The notes below the pieces were generated by a model. That model did not search any database and was not told the origin of the DNA. It saw only the letters and a list, made by a program, of their open reading frames with translations. This document shows, in pieces, positions 49,001 through 59,359 of a stretch of 64,000 bases of DNA. The stretch spans positions 1,984,001-2,048,000 of the forward strand of contig JAXHMG010000003.1 in the NCBI GenBank assembly GCA_034521595.1. Direction: 5' to 3'. The number at the start of each line of letters is the position of its first letter. The first letter of the stretch is position 1. This stretch comes from Gemmatimonadota bacterium. Its GTDB lineage: Bacteria; Gemmatimonadota; Gemmatimonadetes; Longimicrobiales; Gaopeijiaceae. Position numbers and translations under genes: made by a program.

Positions 49001-50326
49001 CGACATCCGCTCCTTGACCAGCCGGGCCATGCGACTGAGGCCCACGCTGAACTGGTTGGCGATGAGCTCACCCACGGTCCGCACGCGACGGTTGCCGAGG
49101 TGGTCGATGTCGTCGATGTAGCCGCTTCCCTCGTTGAGCGCGATCAGATGCCCAATGATGGAGACGAAGTCCTGCGGCGTGAGCACGGTCTCGTCCCGCG
49201 ACACGTCGACGCCGAGCCGCGAGTTGATCTTGTAGCGTCCAACCCGCCCGAGGTCGTAGCGCTTCGGGCTGAAGAAGACCCGCTCGAGCGCTTCCCGGGC
49301 CGTCTCCACGTTCGGAGCCTCGCCGGGCCGCAGAAGCGAGTAGATGGCGCTCAGCGCATCTTCCTCGTTGTCGGTCGGGTCCTTCTTGATCGTGTTCTTG
49401 ATGAGCGGGCTCTCGCCGCGCGAGCTCTCTCGGTCGCTCGTGTAGACCTTGATCTTCTCGGTGCCGAGCCGTTCGAGGATCCCGATGACCTCGTCGTCGA
49501 TTTCCGCACCGTTGTCGATCAGGACCTCGCCCGTCTCCGGATCCACGAGCTCCTCGGCGATCGCCTTCCCTTCGATCTCCGAGCGTACATCGTCGTCGAG
49601 CTCGCCGAGCTCGACGTCCGTCGCGTCATAGTAGAGCTGGAAGATGTCGGCATCGCTGCCGTACCCGAGCGCGCGCAGCAACGCCGTCGCCGGGAACTTC
49701 TTCTTCTTGTCGATGTGGATGTAGCAGATGTCGTTGATGTCGAGCGTGAACTCCACCCACGATCCCCGGAAGGGAATGATCCGCGCGCTGTAGAGCCGTG
49801 TCCCGTTCGGGTGCACGTTCTCCTCGAACACCACGCCCGGCGAGCGGTGGAGCTGGCTGACCACGACACGCTCGGCACCGTTGATGATGAACGTGCCGAG
49901 CTCGGTGAGCAGTGGGAGGTCACCGAGATAGACTTCCTTCTCGATGATGTCCTTGGGGCGGCGCTCTCCGGCGTCCTCCGCCTTGACGCCCTCCTCGAGC
50001 TCTTCCCAGACGATGAGCCGAAGCGTCGCCTTGAGGGGCGCCGCGTAAGTCATGTCACGCTCGATGCACTCTTCGACCGAGTACTTCGGCTCGCCCAGCG
50101 CGGCGGAGACGTAGTCGAGCTGGAAGTTCTCGTTGACGTCCGTGATGGGGAAGATCTCCCCGAAGACGCGGTCGAGCCCGAAGTCCCACTGCACTCCGTC
50201 TTCCCCACTCGACTCGATGAGCTTCTCGAACGACCGTACCTGGACGTCGAGCAGATTCGGCATCGGCATGACCCCCTGGAGCTTCTGCAAGCTCAGGATG
50301 GGTCGGTTATCCTTACGCAGTTCCAA
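46091..50326 (-). CDS. rpoB: RNA polymerase beta subunit
   Basis: [34 protein letters not shown]. Confidence 0.98.
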   Translation of the reverse strand: MELRKDNRPILSLQKLQGVMPMPNLLDVQVRSFEKLIESSGEDGVQWDFGLDRVFGEIFPITDVNENFQLDYVSAALGEPKYSVEECIERDMTYAAPLKATLRLIVWEELEEGVKAEDAGERRPKDIIEKEVYLGDLPLLTELGTFIINGAERVVVSQLHRSPGVVFEENVHPNGTRLYSARIIPFRGSWVEFTLDINDICYIHIDKKKKFPATALLRALGYGSDADIFQLYYDATDVELGELDDDVRSEIEGKAIAEELVDPETGEVLIDNGAEIDDEVIGILERLGTEKIKVYTSDRESSRGESPLIKNTIKKDPTDNEEDALSAIYSLLRPGEAPNVETAREALERVFFSPKRYDLGRVGRYKINSRLGVDVSRDETVLTPQDFVSIIGHLIALNEGSGYIDDIDHLGNRRVRTVGELIANQFSVGLSRMARLVKERMSINTDPEKINIDDLVNARTVSAVIQAFFGSSQLSQFMDQTNPLGEMTHKRRLSALGPGGLTRERAGFEVRDVHYTHYGRMCPIETPEGPNIGLITSLTTYSRVNDLGFVETPYRIVRDGKVTDEIEWLSANEEEEARIAQANAPVDADGNFENDYVLCRQKGDFPLLGADDIEYMDVAPDQMVSVAAALIPFLEHDDANRALMGSNMQRQAVPLLHTDAPLVGTGLEGKVATDSGAVITARRGGSVVRATADEIIIDTGATSPGDEDQPLAKLAQFDRYRLRKYWRTNQDTAINQRPLVKLGEEVGPGDVIADGPGTDNGELALGRNILVAFMPWYGSNFEDAVVLSERLVKDDVYTSIHIQELELHVRDTKRGMEEITREIPNVAEESLVDLDERGIVRIGARVKAGDTLVGKITPKGETELSPEEKLLTAIFGEKAKDVKDSSLRVSPGMTGTIIDVKIFSRRIDDPLLEKEHGAKIGDLRMMERDEIQRISEARDEELRSLLQRQTVALMLKKGTVEPFIDEGTKLTKAQIDEIDFRKVDLSTLKVQNKDASEKIRRLVDEADRRIQRVKEKTEEQIDKVFQPDELPPGVVQLVKVYVAEKRKISVGDKMAGRHGNKGIIARIAPEEDMPFLPDGTPVDIVLNPLGVPSRMNVGQVLETHLGWAAHVLGFEAKTPVFQGATENEIGALLKLAGLKWLSDSLGLRAEAPAGREDIDELVAVANKLPVVMATPDSNGAGNGNGNGTHPANRTRGIGQSFDAFLDTDLTKKQQKLFDDIATFVVAAAEEIAERRGEKMGDIFPAAQKLKGRSSVKSGLDDAVVELMTHAEVLPNGKVWLRDGRSGRRFDFPVTVGAVYMLKLSHLIDDKIHARSIGPYSLVTQQPLAGKAQFGGQRFGEMEVWALEAYGAAHTLQEILTVKSDDVQGRSKVYEAIVKGDNLPKPGLPESFNVLVKELQALGLSVTLGEEE

Positions 50327-50554
50327 CGTGCGTCCCCCTCACGGAACCCACCGGGCAGAGCCGGCGAGTCACGCATCTCGTGTTCGACATGGTGGGACAA
50401 GCGCGTGAATCCCCGACGCGCGTACGCACCCCTAGGGGGTGCCCGCGGCGGGGATCCACACCGGCCCGAGCATGGGAGCGGACGGGTAAGAACCCGCCAC
50501 CCCGAGCTATCTTCGTCGGCCGATCGAGCGACCGGCCGTCGTGCTCCCGGTTAC

Positions 50555-50935
50555 CTATTTGAGCGCGACCGTCGCGCCGACATCCTCGAGCTTCGCCTTC
50601 ATCTCTTCTGCCTCCTCCTTGGCCACCCCTTCCTTCATGCTCTTGGGTGCGCCGTCGACGACCTCCTTGGCTTCCTTCAACCCCAGTCCGGTGAGCTCGC
50701 GCACCACCTTGATGACCTGGATCTTCTTGTCGCCGACATCTTCAAGGACCACCTCGAACTCGTCCTGCTCCTCGGCAGCCTCCTCGGCACCGGGTGCGGC
50801 AGCGCCCGCGGCAGCCGCCGGAGCGGCCACGGCCGTGACGTTGAACTTTTCCTTGAAAGCGTCAACGAACTCCGAGAGCTCGAGAACGGTCATGTTGCCG
50901 ATGGTTTCGAGCAGCTCTTCGTGATTCGTCGCCAT
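50555..50935 (-). CDS. rplL: 50S ribosomal protein L7/L12
   Basis: [20 protein letters not shown]. Confidence 0.97.
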   Translation of the reverse strand: MATNHEELLETIGNMTVLELSEFVDAFKEKFNVTAVAAPAAAAGAAAPGAEEAAEEQDEFEVVLEDVGDKKIQVIKVVRELTGLGLKEAKEVVDGAPKSMKEGVAKEEAEEMKAKLEDVGATVALK

Positions 50936-51045
50936 TGTACCTGATTCCTCCTGATGCTCACCGACACCGCGCCGGCGATTGGGTTGACCCTGTTTCTATG
51001 ACCAGGGACGCGCCCGCGTCCCTACAACAATGCCCGGGATGCGGG

Positions 51046-51576
51046 CTAACTGCCGGTCGCCTCGCGCTCTGCCTTGAGCGCATCGACGAGGCCGGCCGTC
51101 TCCTGAAGCTTCGCTCCGAGGGCCCCGGCCAGCGCCGTGAGCGGCGCCTCCATGGCTCCCGCGAGCTCCGCGTAAAGCTCGTCCTTGGACGGAAGCTTGG
51201 CGATCCGCGTGATCTGCTCGGGCGCCAGGACCTTGCTGTCCAACACGCCGAGCTTGAACACCGGTCGCTCGTTGTGTTGCTTCGCGAAGTCCGTAACCGC
51301 CTTCGCCGCGCCGACCGCGTCCTCGTAGCCGAACACCATGCCCGTCGGCCCCTCGAGGCTGCCCGAGATGTCCGGGAGCTCGGTGTCCGCGAGCGCACGC
51401 ATCGCCAAGCGGTTCTTGACCACCACGTATTCGGCTCCGGAGTCCCGCAAAGACCGTCGCAGGGTGGTCATCTGCTTGACGCTCAGACCCGTGAAGTCCG
51501 TCAGATAAAGGACCGGCGCCCGGTTGATCCGGTCTCGCAGCTCCGTGACGAACGATTCCTTGCTAGTGCGATCCAT
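51046..51576 (-). CDS. rplJ: 50S ribosomal protein L10
   Basis: DFTGLSV, VVKNRL, AKLPSKDEL. Confidence 0.95.
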   Translation of the reverse strand: MDRTSKESFVTELRDRINRAPVLYLTDFTGLSVKQMTTLRRSLRDSGAEYVVVKNRLAMRALADTELPDISGSLEGPTGMVFGYEDAVGAAKAVTDFAKQHNERPVFKLGVLDSKVLAPEQITRIAKLPSKDELYAELAGAMEAPLTALAGALGAKLQETAGLVDALKAEREATGS

Positions 51577-52271
51577 CAGGCCCTCCGATACAGGTTCGGG
51601 TCGATGGGAACGCCCGGCCCCATGGTGCTCGACACCGTGACGCTTCTGACGTAGAGGCCCTTGGTCGCCGCGGGCCGTGCGCGCATGATCTGCTCCATGA
51701 AGGCTCCGAGGTTCTCCTCGAGCGCTTCTTCGGAAAACGACACTTTCCCGATCGGCGCGTGGATGTTTCCGGTCTTGTCGACCCGGAACTCGATCTTACC
51801 GGCCTTGATCTCGCGAACCGCACGGTCGATGTCGAAGGTCACCGTGCCCGCTTTGGGCGTGGGCATGAGCCCCCGCGGTCCCAACATGCGACCGAGCGGC
51901 CCGACCTTCCCCATCATGTCCGGCGTGGCGACCACGACGTCGAAATCGAGCCAGCCTTCCTGGATCTTGTCGACGTAGTCGACCCCGACGTAGTCAGCTC
52001 CGGCTTCCTTGGCCTCGGTCTCCTTCTCGCCCTGGGCAATAACGAGCACCCGCGTCGTCTTGCCGGTTCCATGGGGCAGGACGACCGTTCCGCGGACGAG
52101 CTGGTCGGCCTTCCGGGGGTCGACCCCGAGGCGGGTCGCGAGCTCGACCGTTTCGTCGAAGTCCGCGAACGCCAACTGTTTGACGAGCTCCACCGCGTCC
52201 TCCGGGCTGAACTTCGACCCGACGGGCACGGCCAGCCGTGCTGCGGCATAGCGCTTGCCGTTCTTAGTCAT
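51576..52271 (-). CDS. rplA: 50S ribosomal protein L1
   Basis: [25 protein letters not shown]. Confidence 0.97.
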   Translation of the reverse strand: MTKNGKRYAAARLAVPVGSKFSPEDAVELVKQLAFADFDETVELATRLGVDPRKADQLVRGTVVLPHGTGKTTRVLVIAQGEKETEAKEAGADYVGVDYVDKIQEGWLDFDVVVATPDMMGKVGPLGRMLGPRGLMPTPKAGTVTFDIDRAVREIKAGKIEFRVDKTGNIHAPIGKVSFSEEALEENLGAFMEQIMRARPAATKGLYVRSVTVSSTMGPGVPIDPNLYRRA

Positions 52272-52277
52272 TCTGTC

Positions 52278-52333
52278 TCGAGCCGTTTGTGAGCCCTTCC
52301 ACTGCTGACGGCTCCCAGACAGTGGTGCGGGCC
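52278..52333 (-). promoter_or_regulatory. Candidate L1-binding mRNA operator between rplK and rplA
   Basis: GCCCGCACCACTG...CAGTGGAAGGGC forms the asymmetric internal loop expected of L1 sites. Confidence 0.55.
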
Positions 52334-52358
52334 GAAGCCAAGCTTCGAATCGAATTCG

Positions 52359-52784
52359 TTATCCGGCCACCTCGACGCCCATCGAACGGGCCGTCCCGGC
52401 GACCATCTCCACCGCGGAGTCCACGTCGTTGGCGTTCAGGTCCCGCATCTTCTCCCGCGCGATCTCTTCGAGCTGCGCGCGCGTGATCGTACCCACCTTT
52501 TCCCGGTTCGGCTCACCCGAGCCCTTCGCCAGGCTGATCGCGTTCTTGATCAGCACGGACGCGGGCGGCGTCTTGGTGATGAAAGTAAACGAGCGGTCGC
52601 CGAAGACCGTGATCTCGACCGGTGTGGTAATACCTTGCCGGTCCTGAGTCTGCGCGTTGAACTGCTTGCAGAACTCCATGATGTTGACGCCGTGCTGACC
52701 CAGCGCGGGGCCGACGGGAGGAGCCGGATTGGCCTGCCCGCCCGGAACATGGAGCTTGATGAACCCAACTACCTTCTTCGCCAT
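52359..52784 (-). CDS. rplK: 50S ribosomal protein L11
   Basis: [25 protein letters not shown]. Confidence 0.97.
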   Translation of the reverse strand: MAKKVVGFIKLHVPGGQANPAPPVGPALGQHGVNIMEFCKQFNAQTQDRQGITTPVEITVFGDRSFTFITKTPPASVLIKNAISLAKGSGEPNREKVGTITRAQLEEIAREKMRDLNANDVDSAVEMVAGTARSMGVEVAG

Positions 52785-52797
52785 ACTCGATCGTTCC

Positions 52798-53352
52798 TCA
52801 GTATCCCTTCAGGTCCGTGTAGTCGAGCTCGACCGAAGTCGGGCGGCCGAAGAGGGACACTTCGACCTTGACCTTGCCCTTGTCCGGGTAGACGTCCTGC
52901 ACCGTGCCGCTGAAGTCGGTGAACGGCCCCTTCGTGATCTCGACCACCTGGTCGATATGGAAGGGGATGTCTTCCTTGTCCTCGTCCTCGGCCTCGACCT
53001 CGACACCCAGGATCTTGTTGATCTCTTCCTCGCGAAGCGGCTGGGGCTCCTTGCCCTGCCCCACGAACTTGATGACGCCCTGCACGTTGCTGATCGTGTG
53101 AATCGTGCGCTCATTCAGGACCATGTGCAGGAGCACGTAACCCGGGTACAACCGGCGCGTGACGGTAACCCGCTTGCCGTTGCGGATCTCCGTGACTTCC
53201 TGGGTCGGGACGAGCACGGTCTTGATCTCACGCGCTTCCTCGGGTTCCGGCTGCTCACCGATCTTCCTCTCGATCAGCCGCTGAACCTTGTTCTCGTGCC
53301 CGGAATACGTCTGCACCGCGTACCACTGGGTGTCGCTCACGCCTTCACCCAT
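52798..53352 (-). CDS. nusG: Transcription termination/antitermination factor NusG
   Basis: [37 protein letters not shown]. Confidence 0.96.
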   Translation of the reverse strand: MGEGVSDTQWYAVQTYSGHENKVQRLIERKIGEQPEPEEAREIKTVLVPTQEVTEIRNGKRVTVTRRLYPGYVLLHMVLNERTIHTISNVQGVIKFVGQGKEPQPLREEEINKILGVEVEAEDEDKEDIPFHIDQVVEITKGPFTDFSGTVQDVYPDKGKVKVEVSLFGRPTSVELDYTDLKGY

Positions 53353-53564
53353 CAGGCTCCGAACATTCCCATGATGAGATCGACGATGAAGCTCACCGTG
53401 GAATCCATCAACCAAATGACGAGCGAGATCGCGATCGTGAACAGAATGACCACGAGGGTCGCGCTTCTCAACTGATCCCAATCGGGCCAGGTAACCTTCT
53501 GGAGCTCGATCCAACACTCCTCGAGGAAGGTACTGGTATCCCGAAACTTGTCGACGACGGCCAT
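53352..53564 (-). CDS. secE: Preprotein translocase subunit SecE
   Basis: ELQKVTWP followed by one TM helix; synteny. Confidence 0.94.
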   Translation of the reverse strand: MAVVDKFRDTSTFLEECWIELQKVTWPDWDQLRSATLVVILFTIAISLVIWLMDSTVSFIVDLIMGMFGA

Positions 53565-53569
53565 GAGAC

Positions 53570-53719
53570 CTACTTCGTCTCCTTATGCGGCGTGTGCTGG
53601 CGGCAGCGGCGGCAGTACTTCTTGTACTCCACTCGCTCCGGGTGCAGACGCTTGTTCTTCGTCTTGCTGTAGTTCCTCTCCTGGCATTCCTGGCAGGCGA
53701 GAATAACTTGGTCTCTCAT
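53570..53719 (-). CDS. rpmG: 50S ribosomal protein L33
   Basis: [34 protein letters not shown]. Confidence 0.96.
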   Translation of the reverse strand: MRDQVILACQECQERNYSKTKNKRLHPERVEYKKYCRRCRQHTPHKETK

Positions 53720-53800
53720 GTCCGGGCCTCTGCGTTCCGGGCCACTCTGTGTACGGATGGAACACCTGGGCGTTCCGTCCGTTCGTTTTTTTGTGGTGCG

Positions 53801-53943
53801 GGGGCCGTGTTGAAGCGGACCCCCGCGTCGCTCAGCCGTTCGGCCGCATGTTGTATCGCTACTTCTGACTTCTTCCTCGTGCCTCACTCCGCCGCTAAGC
53901 GCGGCGGAGCATCGCTCACGCGGGGGTCCGCTTCAACACGGCC
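53801..53943. mobile_element. MITE-like element A, copy 2
   Basis: Same terminal inverted repeats (26 bp perfect) as 33710-33853; diverged pyrimidine-rich centre. Confidence 0.65.
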
Positions 53944-54043
53944 TCCGCCCGTCACGGTCGGGACGTCCTCGCGGCCGGTCCCACCCGCGCGGCGCCGGCA
54001 CGAAGCCGGCCCGCCCTGCTCGCTTTCACACAACCGCCTCACC

Positions 54044-54257
54044 TGCTCCGGTGATCGTCGACCAGCCGGTGTCCCGGGCCGGAGCGGCCGGGGCGGGGCG
54101 CTCGTCCGGAGGAGCGGCTCTGCGGAGGGACTCGGTCGGCCCTCCGCAGAGCGAAGCCAACCTCCGGTCCTCCGACCGTCCCGCCTCCCGGCGAAGCGGC
54201 CCGACTCCGGACGAGCGCCCCGCGACTGCCGCGCAGCTCCCGCCCACAACACCCGTC
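54044..54257. repeat. Structured repeat B, copy 2, directly 3' of tuf
   Basis: Near-identical to 34008-34222. Confidence 0.85.
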
Positions 54258-55451
54258 CTAGTCGATGATCTCCGTCACCACGCCCGCGCCCACCGTGCGA
54301 CCTCCCTCCCGAATCGCGAACCGCAACTCCGGGTCCATCGCAATCGGCGTGATCAACTCCACTTCCATCTGCACGTTGTCGCCAGGCATCACCATCTCCA
54401 CTCCATCCGGAAGATGCGCCGCGCCCGTCACGTCCGTCGTCCGGAAGTAAAACTGCGGTCGGTATCCATCGAAAAACGGCGTGTGACGTCCACCCTCTTC
54501 CTTCGTCAGCACGTACACCTCCGCCTTGAACTTCGTATGCGGCGTGATCGTGCCCGGCTTCGCCAACACCTGGCCCCGCGCGATCTGGTCCTTCTGCACC
54601 CCGCGAAGCAACAGCCCCGCGTTGTCCCCAGCCCGCCCTTCGTCCAGCAGCTTCCGGAACATCTCGATGCCCGTCACCACCGTCTTCTTGTCCTGCTCCA
54701 TCCCCACGATCTCCACCTCGTCCCCCACCTTCACCACACCCCGCTCGATCCGGCCCGTCGCAACCGTCCCTCGGCCCGTGATGCTGAACACATCCTCCAC
54801 CGGCATCAGGAACGTCTTGTCAATATCACGCTCCGGCTCCGGAATATACGCATCCAGCGCCTCCACCAACTCCTGGATGCACGCCGTATCCTCGTTCTCC
54901 TCCCCGGCGGCCTCCATCGCCTTCAACGCCGATCCCTTGATCACCGGAATGTCGTCACCCGGAAAATCATACTCGCTCAGCAGCTCCCGAACCTCCAACT
55001 CCACCAGCTCCAGGAGCTCCTCGTCATCCACCATGTCCACCTTGTTCATGAACACGACGATGTAGGGCACGTTCACCTGACGCGCCAGCAAAATGTGCTC
55101 CCGCGTCTGCGGCATCGGTCCGTCCGCCGCGCTCACCACCAGAATCGCGCCGTCCATCTGCGCCGCCCCGGTGATCATGTTCTTCACATAGTCCGCGTGC
55201 CCAGGACAGTCCACGTGCGCATAGTGACGGCTCTCCGTCTCGTACTCCACGTGCGCCGTCGCAATCGTGATCCCCCGCTCCCGCTCCTCCGGCGCCTTGT
55301 CGATCATGTCGAACGCCACCGCATCCCCACCAAACTTCTTCGCCTGCGTCAGCGTGATCGCCGCCGTCAACGTCGTCTTCCCATGATCCACGTGGCCAAT
55401 CGTCCCCACGTTCACATGCGACTTCGTCCGCTCAAACTTCGCCTTGCCCAT
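54258..55451 (-). CDS. tuf: Elongation factor Tu (tRNA-operon copy)
   Basis: Protein identical to 34223-35416. Confidence 0.98.
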   Translation of the reverse strand: MGKAKFERTKSHVNVGTIGHVDHGKTTLTAAITLTQAKKFGGDAVAFDMIDKAPEERERGITIATAHVEYETESRHYAHVDCPGHADYVKNMITGAAQMDGAILVVSAADGPMPQTREHILLARQVNVPYIVVFMNKVDMVDDEELLELVELEVRELLSEYDFPGDDIPVIKGSALKAMEAAGEENEDTACIQELVEALDAYIPEPERDIDKTFLMPVEDVFSITGRGTVATGRIERGVVKVGDEVEIVGMEQDKKTVVTGIEMFRKLLDEGRAGDNAGLLLRGVQKDQIARGQVLAKPGTITPHTKFKAEVYVLTKEEGGRHTPFFDGYRPQFYFRTTDVTGAAHLPDGVEMVMPGDNVQMEVELITPIAMDPELRFAIREGGRTVGAGVVTEIID

Positions 55452-55553
55452 CGGTATCCTCTTAGATCGTTAGGCTTTCGAAAGCGGGACTGTCGACTCC
55501 CGCGACCACTGGCTCACGCAGCGCGTGACCGACACGGTGCCGAAGCACCTGAA

Positions 55554-55625
<72 letters not shown>

Positions 55626-55662
55626 GGGACTCCCCCAACCACACGCATTCTTCGTCACATCA

Positions 55663-55736
55663 AGCGGGAGACGGGACTCGAACCCGCGACCCTCAGCTTG
55701 GAAGGCTGATGCTCTAGCCAACTGAGCTACTCCCGC
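55663..55736 (-). tRNA. tRNA-Gly(TCC)
   Basis: GCGGGAGTAGCTCAG..CTTCCAA..GGTTCGAGTCC cloverleaf. Confidence 0.95.
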
Positions 55737-55792
55737 GATGCCTTCCTTCGACCGGCATGCCGCTGCCGATCGTCCTGACCTGCTGACCACCA

Positions 55793-55874
55793 TGGTGGGG
55801 GGAGGATTCGAACCTCCGAAGGCAATGCCAGCAGATTTACAGTCTGCCCCGTTTGACCGCTTCGGTACCCCACC
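55793..55874 (-). tRNA. tRNA-Tyr(GTA)
   Basis: GGTGGGGTACCGAAGCGG..CTGTAAA..long variable arm..GGTTCGAATCC. Confidence 0.95.
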
Positions 55875-56107
55875 TCAACGTGCTCCCGAACCGATACCGC
55901 CGGGGCACCCGTCCCGTCCCACTCTTCTTACAGGCACGAGAGTGGAACGCGAACCACCGCCGCGCTCCGGCGACGGCCTTTCTGAACGAGCTTCGGAAGG
56001 TAATCGGTGCCTGGGGGGGCGTAAAGGGCATAATCCGGGGGCGGGAGTCTCGCCAAGCACCGCGTGCGCCTACCCTGCCGATGACCAGCCGTAGCACCAG
56101 GCCGGCA

Positions 56108-56180
56108 AGCTGGCGAAGGGACTCGAACCCCCAACCTGCTGCTTACAAGGCAGCTGCTCTACCAGTTGAGCTACGCCAGC
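56108..56180 (-). tRNA. tRNA-Thr(TGT)
   Basis: GCTGGCGTAGCTCAACTGGTAGAGC..CTTGTAA..GGTTCGAGTCC cloverleaf. Confidence 0.95.
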
Positions 56181-56206
56181 GCTCGCCCGACCCTTAACAG
56201 CCCGGC

Positions 56207-57205
56207 TCAGCCCACGACCTGAGCCGCGAGCTCTTTCAGGCTGATCTCGGGCCGCGGACCCACGTGCCCGATCACCTCCGCGGCGGCCAGGCTGCCCAGC
56301 CGACCGCAATCGTACAGGGAGCGGCCGTGGGTCAGCCCGTGCAGGAAGCCGGCCGCGTACTGGTCTCCGGCCCCGGTGGTGTCGACCACCTTCTCGACCG
56401 GCGCGGCATCGACCACGTGCATCTCGTCCTTGTCCACGACGACCGACCCCTTCTCGGAACGGGTCAGTGCCGCGATCGAGCAGTCCCGGCGGACGTGCTG
56501 CAACGCCTCATCGAAGCTCTCGACCTGGTAGAGCGACTTGATCTCCGCCTCGTTGGCGAAGAGCACGTCTACGTGACCGTTGATGAGATCGCGAAAGGAT
56601 TCGCGGTGCCGGTCGACACAGAACGAATCCGAAAGGGTGAGCGACACCTTCCGTCCGGCGTCGTGCGCGAGCTTCGCCGCCTTCACGAACGCGGCCTTCG
56701 CCTCGGCCTCATCCCAGAGATAGCCCTCGAGATACGTGACCTGGGCGCGAGCCAGGAGATCCCCGTCGATGTCGTCCGGGCCGAGCTTCACGCAGGCACC
56801 CAGGTACGTGTTCATCGTCCGCTGGGCATCGGGGGTGATGAAGATGAGGCAACGGGCCGTCGGGGGACCGTCCGGCGTCGGCGGAGTGTGGAACTCGACA
56901 CCGATCGCCGCGATGTCGTGCCGGAAGATCTGGCCCAACTGGTCGTCGGCGACCTTCCCGACGTAGGCCACGCGTGAGCCGAATGAGGCCAGGCCGGCCG
57001 CCGTGTTGCCGGCCGAGCCGCCGGACGTCTCCACGCCGGGCGCCATCTGGTCGTACAGGCTCTCGGCCTGCTCGGCGTCGATCAGGCTCATGCCACCCTT
57101 GGCCATGCCGAGACGCTCGATGGTCGCGTCGTCCGTCTTGGCCAGCACGTCGACGATGGCGTTACCGACGCACACGACGTCGAGATCGGGGGAATTGTCG
57201 CTCAT
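56207..57205 (-). CDS. Adenosine kinase (PfkB family)
   Basis: GNAIVDV, SGGSAGNT, RTMNTYLGA, YLEGYLWD, DTTGAGD. Confidence 0.85.
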   Translation of the reverse strand: MSDNSPDLDVVCVGNAIVDVLAKTDDATIERLGMAKGGMSLIDAEQAESLYDQMAPGVETSGGSAGNTAAGLASFGSRVAYVGKVADDQLGQIFRHDIAAIGVEFHTPPTPDGPPTARCLIFITPDAQRTMNTYLGACVKLGPDDIDGDLLARAQVTYLEGYLWDEAEAKAAFVKAAKLAHDAGRKVSLTLSDSFCVDRHRESFRDLINGHVDVLFANEAEIKSLYQVESFDEALQHVRRDCSIAALTRSEKGSVVVDKDEMHVVDAAPVEKVVDTTGAGDQYAAGFLHGLTHGRSLYDCGRLGSLAAAEVIGHVGPRPEISLKELAAQVVG

Positions 57206-57330
57206 ATCTATTCGCACCTCGTTTATACTTTGAAACCATTTACAGGACATACGACCGGCGCCACGGGGCCCGACGCTCGCCGGAAATCCCCGTCATCACC
57301 TTCCGCGGACGGTCGGCTACGGGTCGTCGC

Positions 57331-58170
57331 TCAGGGCTTCCGGAAGTGGAAGATGCCCCAGGCCAGATGGCCCTTGCGGCCACCATTGATCCAGTGGCCC
57401 AACCCTGTCTTCATGCGCTCGAGATATTCCGGAGAGATCCGGTCGCTGATCTCCTGCTCACGAGACTTGGTCTCCTCCAGCACGCGGTTGTAGTGCCGCG
57501 GCAACTGCGGCGTCGCGTCCTCGAAGTCCACCAACTCGAGCCCCAGCTTGGCGGCCTCCGAGCGGTAGAACGCCGGCGACCCGAGCGTGTCCAGGTGGAT
57601 ACGGTCCAGAATGGGCTGCAGCACCCCGTCGGGACAGTCGTCGGCCTGCATGGGATCAGTGAAGATGAAGTGGCCGCCCGCCTTGAGCACGCGTACCGCT
57701 TCCTTCAGCACCTTCGGCCGGTCCCCGCTGTGCAGGAACGCATCCTGGGACCAAACGACGTCGTAGCTCTCGTCTTCAGCCGGGACGTGCTCGAAGCTGG
57801 CATCGACCACGTCGATGAGGTGGTCGAGCCCCTGCTCCTTGTTCATCACGCGGTCACGCTCGTTCTCGGCCTCGCTGAGGTTCAGCGCCGTGACGTGGCA
57901 CCCGAAACGCTTCGCGAGATACCGGGCGGAGCCACCGTATCCGGCTCCGAGATCCAGCACGCGGCTCTCGGCGGTGATGACGTCGGCCAACCGATTCGAC
58001 ATCTGCTCGACCGTACGCCGGCTGGCGTCCCGGATGGGCTCGTCCTCCGACTGGTACCAGCCGATATGGAGGTCCTCGCCCCCCCAGATGATCGAGTAGA
58101 AGTTGTCCGCGTCCTCGCTGTTGTAGTATTCCCGCGCCGTTTCAACGGCCGCTGAGTAGTCGTCACTCAT
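57331..58170 (-). CDS. Sarcosine/dimethylglycine N-methyltransferase (SDMT)
   Basis: AREYYNSEDADNFY..WGGEDLHIG, LDLGAGYGG, WSQDAFLHSG, FTDPMQAD, RIHLDTLGS. Confidence 0.88.
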   Translation of the reverse strand: MSDDYSAAVETAREYYNSEDADNFYSIIWGGEDLHIGWYQSEDEPIRDASRRTVEQMSNRLADVITAESRVLDLGAGYGGSARYLAKRFGCHVTALNLSEAENERDRVMNKEQGLDHLIDVVDASFEHVPAEDESYDVVWSQDAFLHSGDRPKVLKEAVRVLKAGGHFIFTDPMQADDCPDGVLQPILDRIHLDTLGSPAFYRSEAAKLGLELVDFEDATPQLPRHYNRVLEETKSREQEISDRISPEYLERMKTGLGHWINGGRKGHLAWGIFHFRKP

Positions 58171-59032
58171 CGGTGCTGTCCTCCACGTCGGGTGGGAGCG
58201 AGTCATACGACTTCTGTGCGACGTGGATGAAGAAGTCCGGCTTCTCGGCCCGGTGGGTTTCCTGGAAGTCGCCGTACGTATCGATCCGCTGGAATCCGAC
58301 CTCCTGCATGAGCCGGCGAACGTAGTCCCTCCGCAGCGGGAACATGTTCAGGAAGTATTCGGATCCGTCGGCGAACTCGTACCGGAATCGCGCCAGCCCC
58401 TCATCCACGTAGTCGGGCTCGGCCTTCACGTCATCGCCGCAGTAGTAGTAGGTGTGCTTGCTGGAGAAGCCCTCGTCCAAGATGCGATCGTAGTTGCGCT
58501 GATCGAGGACCAGGATGCCGTCGTGCTTGAGCATCGCGTAGTATTCGGCGAGCGCCTTGCGGCGGTCCCGCTCGGAGAACATGTGCGTGAACGAGTTCCC
58601 CAAGCAGATGATCGCGTCGTACTCGCCGTGGACGTCACGGTTGAGCCACCGCCAGTCCGCGAGCACCACGCGAAGGATGTGACCACGCCCCTTCGCGTTG
58701 TCGAAGGCCTTGATCAACATCTCGGCGCTTCCGTCCGCGCTGACGACCTCGAATCCGGCCTCGAGCAGGCGCACCGAATGGAATCCGGTGCCCGTGGCCA
58801 CGTCCAGCACCTTCCTCACACCGTGCTGCCGCATGACCTCGAGGAAGAAGTCGCCTTCCGACTTGGCGCGGTTGTCCCAGTCGATCAGGTCGTCCCACTT
58901 GTCGACGAAGCCCTTGACGTATTCCTGGGGGTAGTGGTCGGTCTGTCGCTGTTTTACGGGGTCCTCACCGAACTCCTGCTCGTGCTTGGACCCATCGATC
59001 GCGTTGGGCGCGGAACCCTTTTCAGTCGGCAT
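58163..59032 (-). CDS. Glycine/sarcosine N-methyltransferase (GSMT)
   Basis: FVDKWDDLIDW, LDVATGTGFHS, ICLGNSFTH, LDQRNYD, KHTYYYCG. Confidence 0.9.
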   Translation of the reverse strand: MPTEKGSAPNAIDGSKHEQEFGEDPVKQRQTDHYPQEYVKGFVDKWDDLIDWDNRAKSEGDFFLEVMRQHGVRKVLDVATGTGFHSVRLLEAGFEVVSADGSAEMLIKAFDNAKGRGHILRVVLADWRWLNRDVHGEYDAIICLGNSFTHMFSERDRRKALAEYYAMLKHDGILVLDQRNYDRILDEGFSSKHTYYYCGDDVKAEPDYVDEGLARFRYEFADGSEYFLNMFPLRRDYVRRLMQEVGFQRIDTYGDFQETHRAEKPDFFIHVAQKSYDSLPPDVEDSTDE

Positions 59033-59359
59033 CAGTAACCTGTGGGATTTTGGGGATCGTCCTGTGCGAATGTAAGTCGGCAGCTCGCGAATTTCTGGAC
59101 GATTCGCAGGCGAGCGGTGCTCGGGCCTCCGAGGCACGACGCATCGGAAGCCCGCATCGGAACCCAATCAGGTCCGCTCGAACCGAAGCTCATAATCGGA
59201 GCGCCGAATTGTTGGTGCCCGGCAGTATCGGGGACGGCCGACCATAACGATGGCCCCCCCTACCGCATCGCTGCAACCCTGGAGGCCGCGCGACGCAAAC
59301 GGGCAGCGTAGCAATCCAATGTAGTGAAGGATCGCCGATTTTACGAATCGGCCCGGACG

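Noticed and set aside
41198-50944. Very long plus-strand ORFs (1404, 505 and 1006 aa) opposite rpoBC, and similar ones opposite secA, secY, fusA, tuf and cysS
   Set aside because: Antisense shadow ORFs expected from high-GC codon bias; no recognisable motifs
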